NCBI GenBank assembly: GCA_964019425.1
Contig: OZ025804.1
Coordinates: 186,001-250,000, forward strand
DNA: 64,000 bases
Direction: 5' to 3'
Origin: Flectonema sp. DT1601
Taxonomy: Eukaryota
The position numbers were made by a program, and so were the translations under genes. Under the pieces are notes generated by a model. That model was given only the letters and a program-made list of their open reading frames with translations, had not been told where the DNA came from and did not search any database. Below, piece after piece: positions 23,535-33,639 of this stretch. How positions within the stretch are numbered: the stretch's first letter is position 1; each line of letters opens with the position of its first letter.

Positions 23535-26500
23535 ATCATTCATTTTAATTTTCACTGTTTCCCATCTACATTTTATTTTCAAATAGTTCCGGTCTGTCTC
23601 TGATGATAAATAAAACTGATCATGTTAACTCAATTTTTTTTTTATTATGTGCAAGAGATACCAACACGCAAGAGATACCAACGCACATACGAGATACCAG
23701 CACTTCCGAGATACCGACACACAAGAGATACCAAGACACTTAAGATACCAGCAAGGACAGTGAGAGGTAGAATGAACTCTCCTCCTTGTGTCCGATCCTG
23801 ATTATTTTTTGTTGAATTGGTAGTGTTACCTCATTTTGCTACTCTCGTATCTGTGTTGTGTTAACTCATGTAAGTGATCTTAACTCCTGTTAAATAAAAA
23901 AAAAAAAATTTCAAAAAAAAAGAAATTAAAAAAGAAGAATTTTCAAATGAAGTTATATCAACCCCTGCCACCCATTATGATCAATTCCGCTTGTTTTTTT
24001 TTTTTTTTTTTTTCTTCTTTCTTTTCTTCAAATATAAAAAAAAATTAAAAAATATAAAAGATGAAACAATGTTATCATTGTTTTTTTTATCGATCGACTA
24101 TGTCGATTACTTCCAGTTTTCCGTCCTGGTCAAGACGCTAAACTGATTGTTTTTTTTTTTTTTTTTTAAAAAATTAATAAAAAGAATATAAAAAAAAAAA
24201 AAAAAGAATAAACAATGTTATCATTGTTTTTTTTTATCGTTCGACTCTGTCGACTAATTTCTATTTTCCGTTTCTTTTCTTTAAATAATAAATAAAAATA
24301 ATTTAAAATAAAAAAAAGGAATAAACAATGTTATCATTGTTTTTTTATCGATCGACTATGTCGATTACTTTCTATTTTCCGTCCTGGTCAAGACGCTAAA
24401 CTGATTGTTTTTTTTTTCAAAATTAATAAAAAAGAATATTAAAAAAAAAAAAAAAAAAAAAAAAGAATAAACAATGTTATCATTGTTTTTTTTTATTGTT
24501 CGACTTTGTTGACTAATTTCTATTTTCCGTTTTTTTTCTTTAAAAAATAAATAAAAAGAATTTAAAATAAAAAAAAAGAATAAACAATGTTATCATTGTT
24601 TTTTTATCGATCGACTATGTCGATCACTTTCTATTTTCCGTCCTGGTCAAGACGCTAAACTGATTGTTTTTTTTTCAAAATTAATAAAAAAAAAAAAAAA
24701 AAAAAGAATAAACAATGTTATCATTGTTTTTTTTATCGTTCGACTTTGTTGACTAATTTCTATTTTCCGTTTTTTTTCTTTAAAAAATAAATAAAAAGAT
24801 TTTAAATAAAAAAAAAGAATAAACAATGTTATCATTGTTTTTTTATCGATCGACTATGTCGATCACTTTCTATTTTCCGTCCTGGTCAAGACGCTAAACT
24901 GATTGTTTTTTTTTTCAAAATTAATAAAAAAGAATATAAAAAAAAAAAAAAAAAAGAATAAACAATGTTATCATTGTTTTTTTTTTATCGTTCGACTTTG
25001 TCGACTAATTTCTATTTTCCGTTTCTTTTCTTTAAAGAATAAATAAAAAGAATTTAAAATAAAAAAAAAGAATAAACAATGTTATCATTGTTTTTTTATC
25101 GATCGACTATGTCGATCACTTTCTATTTTCCGTCCTGGTCAAGACGCTAAACTGATTGTTTTTTTTTTTTCAAAATTAATAAAAAAGAATATAAAAAAAA
25201 AAAAAAAAAAGGAAAAACAATGTTATCATTGTTTTTTTTTTATCGTTCGACTTTGTCGACTAATTTCTATTTTCCGTTTCTTTTCTTTAAAGAATAAATA
25301 AAAAGAATTTAAAATAAAAAAAAAGAATAAACAATGTTATCATTGTTTTTTTTTATCGATCGACTATGTCGATCACTTTCTATTTTCCGTCCTGGTCAAG
25401 ACGCTAAACTGATTGTTTTTTTTTTTTCAAAATTAATAAAAAAGAATATAAAAAAATACAAAAAAAAGAATAAACAATGTTATCATTGTTTTTTTTTTTA
25501 TCGTTCGACTTTGTCGACTAATTTCTATTTTCCGTTTTTTTTTTCTTTAAAAAATAAATAAAAAGAATCTAAAATAAAAAAAAAGAATAAACAATGTTAT
25601 CATTGTTTTTTTATCGATCGACTATGTCGATCACTTTCTATTTTCCGTCCTGGTCAAGACGCTAAACTGATTGTTTTTTTTTTTTTTCAAAATTAATAAA
25701 AAAGAATATTAAAAAAAATACAAAAAAAAAAAGAATAAACAATGTTATCATTGTTTTTTTTTTTATCGTTCGACTTTGTCGACTAATTTCTATTTTCCGT
25801 TTTTTTTCTTTAAAAAATAAATAAAAAGAATTTAAAATAAAAAAAAAGAATAAACAATGTTATCATTGTTTTTTTTTATCGATCGACTATGTCGATTACT
25901 TTCTATTTTCCGTCCTGGTCAAGACGCTAAACTGATTGTTTTTTTTTTCAAAATAAAAAAAATATTAAAAAAAAAAAATAAAAAAAAAGAATAAACAATG
26001 TTATCATTGTTTTTTTTTATCGTTCGACTTTGTTGACTAATTTCTATTTCCGTTTTTTTTTCTTTAAAAAATAAATAAAAAGAATTTAAAAAAAAAAAAA
26101 AAAAAAAGAATAAACAATGTTATCATTGTTTTTTTTATCGATCGACTATGTCGATTACTTTCTATTTTCCGTCCTGGTCAAGACGCTAAACTGATTGTTT
26201 TTTTTTTCAAAATAAAAAAAATATTAAAAAAAAAAAAATAAAAAAAAGAATAAACAATGTTATCATTGTTTTTTTTTTATTGTTCGACTTTGTTGACTAA
26301 TTTCTATTTTCCGTTTTTTTTTCTTTAAAAAATAAATAAAAAGAATTTAAAAAAAAAAAAAAAAAAAAGAATAAACAATGTTATCATTGTTTTTTTTATC
26401 GATCGACTATGTCGATTACTTTCTATTTTCCGTCCTGGTCAAGACGCTAAACTGATTGTTTTTTTTTCAAAATAAAAAAAAAATATTAAAAAAAAAAAAT

Positions 26501-27452
26501 AAAAAAAAAGAATAAACAATGTTATCATTGTTTTTTTTTATCGTTCGACTTTGTTGACTAATTTCTATTTTCCGTTTTTTTTCTTTAAAAAAATTAATAA
26601 AAAGAATTTAAAAAAAAAAAAAAAAAGAATAAACAATGTTATCATTGTTTTTTTTATCGATCGACTATGTCGATTACTTTCTATTTTCCGTCCTGGTCAA
26701 GACGCTAAACTGATTGTTTTTTCTTTAAAAATAAATAAAAAGAATAAAAAAAAAAAAAAAGGAATAAACAATGTTATCATTGTTTTTTTTTTATCGATCG
26801 ACTATGTCGATTACTTACTATTTTCCGTCCTGGTCAAGACGCTAAACTGATTGTTTTTTCTTTAAAATAATTAAAAAGATTTAAAAAAAAAAAAAAAAAA
26901 AAAAAATGAATAAACAATGTTATCATTGTTTTTTTTTCTATCGATCAACTATGTCGATTAATTTCTATTTTCCGTCCTGATCGAGACGCTAAACTGATTG
27001 TTTCCTTTTTTTAAATAATAAATAAGAAAAAAAAAAAAAAAAAAAAAAAAGAGCATCTCCCTGCTATCCCTCATATCCCCACAATAATATTATACCTTTT
27101 CATTTTCTCTTTCCTTTTCTGGTCTTTTTTTTTTCTTTTTTTTCCTTTTTCATACAACGTTTTTTATTTATATATATATTTTTTTTTTTTTTTTTTTTTC
27201 ATGTTTGATTATTTCCTCTTCATTTTTTTTTTCTTTTCTTTTCTTTCTTTTTTTTTTTTTTTCCTCTGCCTCTCTCTTAATTCTGTTCGTTTCTTTGAAA
27301 CGAAAATTCATTTGAATATTATTCCTTGGTCAGCAACCATCATTGTCGCCCTTTGGGCCTGTTAAAAAAAAATAAAAATAAAAAGAAAGTTTACATCGGG
27401 AATAGGGCAGGAGCCAAAAGCTCCCAGTCCGTTACTTCCCACTTTATCGAAA
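23535..27452 (+). mobile_element. Family B element, copy 3 (~3.9 kb), opposite orientation, inserted into a family A unit
   Basis: The intact target CTACCTGTTGTACT-TG-CTCACTATGG (28803-28828) is split with loss of 2 bp. The element has ~23 subrepeats alternating ~142/~115 bp and ends ...CCCACTTTATCGAAA. Confidence 0.9.
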
Positions 27453-29998
27453 CTCACTATGGGGGGTGATGCCAAACACCCAGAAGTACTTAACTACTTT
27501 CCTTCTTGCTGCCCAGGAGTTTCTGACCAGAACTAATAGAAAATAAAAAGTAGATGGGAAACAATAAAAAGTAAAATGGATATAACTGAAGTTAAACAAG
27601 ACAAATGAAGTAACAGACCAGAACAGAAAGAGGATTGTAATAGAAGATTACAAATAAAAAAATGCAAGTATCAACACATAATCAAGATACACCAGCAGCT
27701 AACAAACAACATAAAATTGAAGATCAGTTGCCAGAGTATTTCAACCATGGTAGAATACTCGCCCCTCTGGCAGGGATTATCCCAGACTTGTCCTTTAATT
27801 TAGTTGGACACCATGGCTTACAACCCTTCCAGAGGGAAGCACCATTATGACTTCTATTTTTTTTCTTCAAGAAAATCATAAGGTGGTAACAAAGAAAAAT
27901 GCTAAGAGGAACCCCTTATTAACACCTAAGACATCTAAACTGCAGCCCAGCTTATGCCCAATGCACTAACAGGTCATTCCCTCACACTCAGATCAAAAAA
28001 TCAAAGTTCAGAGTGCATCTTAGCGTGAATGAGAGAATTTCCTCCCGCTTTTTTTGAACAAAAGGGATAGGAGAAGGGATAGAAAACGAACATAAAAATA
28101 AAATTTTAAGTGAGAAACACTTAGCAGAAATACTTAGCAGCTTTTAAGGAGCTGAAAAGCAAAAAAAAAATCTAAGTGAGAAACACTTAGTAGTAACACT
28201 TTGTAGCTAATTGAGCTGAAAATAAAAAAATAAAAAATTTCTAAGTGAGAGATACTTAGCAACTTTTAGAACAAATAATTAAGTAAATAACCTGTTGAAA
28301 TGGTAGTTAATGTAACCATTACAGGTTTGATGCCAAAACTGACAAAGAATGAGTTAAGTTACCAGGTGAGATTTGGACTGTTAGCTTTTGGCTAAGGCCC
28401 TCCCTGAAGAGCAAGAACAAAAAAACTACTCACACCTGAAGAAAACATACACAAAGAACACACTGTAAGCTGTGTGTGTATTTTGTGTTTGTCACAACAG
28501 GAGAGAAAAGAAAGAATGTCAAGGTTGGTCACCTTGCCTATCAACGCACAACATTGGTGGTCTCTACTAGACCCTGAGTGATCCCACTGGATCTCTCATC
28601 GTTCATAGTACCCTGTGTGAAGTTATAAAATCAAAGGTAAACTATGAACTACAAATGACTTAGCCTGTTATTATAATGCCACAGGCAGGCCCTGCATTCA
28701 GCAACTATCCAGCAGTGCTTGGATGTCCTGATCTTCTTCTAAAAAAAAGAAAGAAAAACAAAACTGTAGCTGGGATCACTCAGGATCAACAGACTACCAA
28801 TGCTACCTGTTGTACTTGCTCACTATGGGGGGTGATGCCAAACACCCAGAAGTACTAAACTACTTTCCTTCTTGCTGCCCAGGAGTTTCTGACCAGAACT
28901 AATAGAAAATAAAAAGTAGATGGGAAATAATAAAAAGTAAAATGGATATAACTGAAGTTAAACAAGACAAATGAAGTAACAGACCAGAACAGAAAGAGAA
29001 TTGTAATAGAAGATTACAAATAAAAAAATGCAAGTATCAACACATGATCAGGATACACCAGCAGCTAACAAACAACATAAAATTGAAGATCAGTTGCCAG
29101 AGTATTTCAACCATGGTAGAATACTCGCCCCTCTGGCAGGGATTATCCCAGACTTGTCCTTTAATTTAGTTGGACACCATGGCTTACAACCCTTCCAGAG
29201 GGAAGCACCATTATGACTTCTATTTTTTTTCTTCAAGAAAATCATAAGGTGGTAACAAAGAAAAATGCTAAGAGGAACCCCTTATTAACACCTAAGACAT
29301 CTAAACTGCAGCCCAGCTTATGCCCAATGCACTAACAGGTCATTCCCTCACACTCAGATCAAAAAATCAAAGTTCAGAGTGCATCTTAGCATGAATGAGA
29401 GAAATTTCTCATCGCTTTTTTTGAACAAAAGGGATAGAAGAGGGGATAGAAAACGAACATAACAATAAAATTCTAAGTGAGAAACACTTAGCAGAAACAC
29501 TTAGCAGCTTTTAAGGAGCTGAAAAGCAAAAAAAAAAATCTAAGTGAGAAACACTTAGTAGAAACAATTTGTAGCTAATTAAGCTGAAAATAAAAAAATA
29601 AAAAATTTCTAAGTGAGAAATACTTAGCAACTTTTAGAACAAACATTTCAGTAAATAACCTGTAATGATTAAACCGTTACAGGTTTGATGCCAAGACTGA
29701 CAAGGACTGAGTTGAATTTACCAGGTGAGATTTGGACTGTTAGCTTTTGGCTAAGGCCCTCCCTGAAGAGCAAGAACAAAAAAACTACTCACACCTGAAG
29801 AAAACATACACAAAGAACACACTGTAAGCTGTGTGTGTATTTTGTGTTTGTCACAACAGGAGAGAAAAGAAACAATGTCAAGGTTGGTCACCTTGCCTAT
29901 CAACGCACAACATTGGTGGTCTCTACTAGACCCTGAGTGATCCCACTGGATCTCTCAGGGTAAACTATGAACTACAAATGACTTAGCCTGTTATTATA
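27453..29998 (-). repeat. Family A head-to-tail array, ~1366-bp period (slightly diverged copies)
   Basis: Duplicate ORFs start at 27662 and 29028. The unit start GAGTTRARTT(T)ACCAGG occurs at ~28350 and ~29709. Each unit has three CTAAGTG-AGAAA-CACTTAG-type hairpins. Confidence 0.93.
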
Positions 29999-30430
29999 GC
30001 TACAAATTGTTTCTACTAAGTGTTTCTCACTTAGATTTTTTTTTTGCTTTTCAGCTCCTTAAAAGCTGCTAAGTATTTCTACTACTGCAACTGCCTGCGG
30101 CATTATAATAACAGGCTAAGTCATTTGTAGTTCATAGTTTACCTTTGATTTTATAACTTCACACAGGGTACTATGAACGATGAGAGATCCAGTGGGATCA
30201 CTCAGGGTCTAGTAGAGACCACCAATGTTGTGCGTTGATAGGCAAGGTGACCAACCTTGACATTCTTTCTTTTCTCACCTGTTGTGACAAACACAAAATA
30301 CACACACAGCTTACAGTGTGTTCTTTGTGTATGTTTTCTTCAGGTGTGAGTAGTTTTTTTTGTTCTTGCTCTTCAGGGAGGGCCTTAGCCAAAAGCTAAA
30401 AGTCCAAATCTCACCTGGTAACTCAACTCA
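29999..30430 (+). mobile_element. Inverted family A fragments (29999-30080 and 30091-30430)
   Basis: Reverse complements of ~29495-29576 and ~28349-28689. The second fragment ends at the same fixed terminus (...CTCACCTGGTAACTCAACTCA). Confidence 0.9.
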
Positions 30431-30481
30431 CCAGAAAGCAGCAAAAAATTAACCGTCCAGTCGGTCTTTCTTTTTCTTTGG

Positions 30482-31290
30482 CTTGTGTGTTGTGGTGCAG
30501 GGGATATAGGCAATCTTTTTGAGATCGGCCTTCCCTTTCCACATTGTCATGGAGCGTCTTCATCCATCATCTCCAATCGATACCGCTCTGTGTGAATGCG
30601 GCAAGCGGTGAGAAGGAAACAAAGAAGTAATGGTGCCAACCTGTTTGATGTGTTTGTTTTTGGCTAAGGTCAACCGCAAAGTCACACAGAGACATCGAAG
30701 AATCAGCGTCATCGCTGGCGCTCCATGCATGTTGCAATGTGGCAACAGCCCTCCGTCCCTCATCTGCACTATGTTTGTGAGCGCAGAACAGCCTCTTCTC
30801 ACCTGTCATCCAGCGCATCATCCATATCATCCCGATGTGTGCTTAGCGGCCAGCAGCAGGAAAGAAGCAAAGTAGTAAGTGTTCAAACCTGTTTTGTTGT
30901 GTTTATTGTTGGCAATTTAGGCCGCACAAGTCACACATAGGGATCGGTGGTGCCTGCTTCTACAGTGGCGGTGTCTGTCTTGTCACATTGTAGTGACAGC
31001 CCCTGTCCTTCCTCTACACTCGCATGTCACGATGCGGAGTGGACCGATCTCTTCTCAGATGCACCTGGTCATGGCTTAAGGGCTGTGAAGTTTAAAAATC
31101 TGCCAGCCATGACCCAGTTGTCTTACACTGCTGTCTCAGGACGAGCCAGGCTTAGGCTGCAACTGATCCAAAAGGACAAGTGCACCTCATCGGTCCTCTC
31201 CAAAACGCCTCGCAACACGCATATGTGTATCAGGAGAGGGGTTCCTGCTCTGTCAAAAAAAAAAGGAAGCTGAGATGTGTGGTCAGTTTA
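30482..31290 (-). mobile_element. Family E: old diverged relative of families C and A
   Basis: Terminal hairpin gggga..ggc-a-atct-ttttg-agat-cg-gcc-ttccc at 30500-30535. The internal motifs (C/A)AACCTGTT and GACATCGA are shared with the 1280-bp unit. Boundaries are approximate. Confidence 0.5.
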
Positions 31291-31343
31291 GAGTCATGAC
31301 AGGACTACAACGAGACTCAAAGCAAAAACAGATACTGGAATAT

Positions 31344-31696
31344 GGGTTAAGTTGCCAGGTGAGATTTGGACTGTTGGCTTTTGGCTAAGGCCCTCCCTGA
31401 AAAGCAAGAACAAAATAACTACTCGCACCTGAAGAAAACATACACAAAGAAGACATATACAAGTCCATCGCATCGCTTGCTGAACCTCCATCGATCTGCT
31501 TCCATCGTCCCTTGGCAAAAACAGGTAACGGAAAAAAAAAAGCAAGACAAACAATGCCAGGACAACGGAAGCATCGATATTGCTCCAGCAGATGCGAGTA
31601 CCTGTAAGCTGTGTGTGTATTTTGTGTTTGTTACAACAGGAGAGAAAAGAAAGAATGTCAAGGTTGGTCACCTTGCCTATCAACGCACAACATTGG
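31344..31696 (-). mobile_element. Family A-like copy retaining a central segment homologous to the 1280-bp unit
   Basis: Starts GGGTTAAGTTGCCAGGTGAGATTTGG. Segment 31460-31600 (ACCTCCATCGATC...GCCAGGACAACGGAAGCATCGATATTGCTCCAGCAGATG) is missing from family A but aligns by eye to family C. Confidence 0.75.
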
Positions 31697-31989
31697 CGTC
31701 CAAACTGATTGTTTCTTTTTTATAAAAAAAAAAGGGGATCCAATAAGTATGGCTCGAGAATCGAATTGAGAACGAGAGATAACAGTGTTGTTGTAAGAAA
31801 GCATGAAATTTGTAGGCGGTCAGTATTACCAAGATTTTTAGATGAAAAGCCCACCTTCATGTAACGAAAATTGAACCCATGTCGATTTTAATTGTAAAGG
31901 AAAGAATGTCGCAAAAGCGGCTAAAAAGATTTAATTTTGTTTGGGATTTAACATTTTATCTACAGAACCAGATCCACAGGTCCGCTTGT

Positions 31990-32890
31990 TTCCCATGCTC
32001 CCACTCTTGACTTCCATTCTGAACTTGATCATGTGCTGAATTTATCGAAGATGGTGAGACCGGATAGTTCGTTTTCTCGCTTGCATGATTACTGGTTGAA
32101 AACGGAATTGCAAAAGGCATTGCAGCCTGGTGAAGTTGAAAGCATCCCATTCACTGCGATTGAACAAAAGTCAACTGGTTTGTGCCAAAGGTTCGTTCTT
32201 ACGAAGGAGTCGAATGAGCATCTGGTGGATATGTTGCTGATGTGCCTTTGGGACATATCTCGGAATATCTGGACTCGGTTCTATTTGATTGCGCGAGTGG
32301 AAGGGATTTCAGAACTGGTTTTTATCAGGTAGAGATTCCTTGTGATGCTCGCAAGTTCTTTGGTTTCAGATCGGACGATGGTCAGTATTTCGAGTTGACT
32401 CGGTTGCCAATGGATTATTCTTGTGCACCGGAAATTATGCACACATTGGCTGCCACTATCGCTGGGCATCCAGACTATGGATCTGACATTGCTGTTCATG
32501 ATGTTAGAGTTGATGCTTGGATCGACAACATCAGATATTCAGGCTTGAAGAAGGAAGTAGCTCTTAGAACTGCTAAACTCGATAATCGCAAAGAAGGCTT
32601 CATCGACATGGAAGCATTCAATATGGCTGGAATTATGATTTCTCGGGAGTGCATTTTAATCATCAACATAGATCTGTAATAGTTTCTGATAGATTACAAG
32701 GGAAGTTAGCTGTGGTTATTTTGACATCGACCAGTGGATTGGAATCGTTGATAGGTATGCATCTGTGGTGTCTGGAGTTTCACCTGGTAGATGTTTCACC
32801 TGGTAGATGTTTCACCTGGTAGATTCTGGTTTGCTCTGAAGTTTATTTGAAGAGTTATAAATTAGATCAACCGAGGTCTTGGTCTCAACG
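31990..32890 (+). pseudogene. Degenerate TATE/VIPER (DIRS-group)-like reverse transcriptase
   Basis: IPFTAIEQKSTGLCQRF, PLGHISEYLDSV..., DFRTGFYQVEIP, LTRLPMDYSCAPEIMHT and WIDNIRY are RT motifs. WIDN in place of YxDD is typical of kinetoplastid TATE elements. Multiple stops and frameshifts are present. Confidence 0.8.
32777..32824. repeat. Three tandem 16-bp copies of GTTTCACCTGGTAGAT within the RT remnant
   Basis: Directly visible. Confidence 0.9.
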
Positions 32891-33639
32891 GTCAAGGATC
32901 GCAAGTGCGTTACAGAAGGGAAAGTGCAACATTGACGATCGATCCAAATGAACATGGTGACACAATCTTATTAACAGTGACACAGGCAATTTTATTAGCA
33001 GACACACAGGTCAAGAAGATGTTATCGCCGAAGAAACCATTGAAGTTAACACTAAGCTCTGCACAACTAAAAAGTGATGAAAAGCGGCGCTCCTCGCTCC
33101 TCGCTCCTATTATAATGGCTGCTGTGGGCGGATTAGCGGCGCACAGAGGGAAGCGTTTGGTATTTAGAAAGGAATTAGTCAGACCTGGAAACATTGAAAT
33201 AACTTAACCTGTTAACAAGCATAGAGATTGATGATGTAGATTGCTTCCATGACACTCTGCGTGACTTGCAGCCATTACCTAGGCCAAAAACAAACGCAAC
33301 AAAACAGGTTTGCCTCTTTGTTTCTTTCTTGCTGCTCGCTGCAGTCACATGGCTAAACCGCATAGCTTGGTATGAGGATGACTTTAGTCATTTGTCAAGA
33401 AGCATTAACACCGAAAGCGGATTCAGAGTGTACCTACTTAGAATACAAGAGGTGCATCACGAGCGGAAGAGGAAATCCAACATCATAAATCTGTTATTGG
33501 TGTGATCGAGAAGCGTTTGCAAGATGCTCAAACTGCATCAATTCGAAACAATTGAATTTATGTGAAAGCTTACGTGCGGTTAATTTATTTTCTCTGAATC
33601 TAATCTCTCTTCCCCCCATTAGGTTACTCCCCTTACAAT

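Noticed and set aside
23590..23625. Hammerhead ribozyme at CTGATGA
   Set aside because: No stem II or GAAA follows and no closing stems were found; no hammerhead core was seen at unit junctions either.
18670..27005. CRISPR array
   Set aside because: The context is eukaryotic, the intervening sequences are near-identical homopolymer tracts rather than unique spacers, and there are no cas genes.
18226..27452. Single Foldback-type transposon with ~3.3-kb terminal inverted repeats
   Set aside because: Each arm separately interrupts a different host repeat whose halves rejoin exactly (18225/21607 and 23534/27453). They are therefore two independent insertions in opposite orientation, and there is no TSD.
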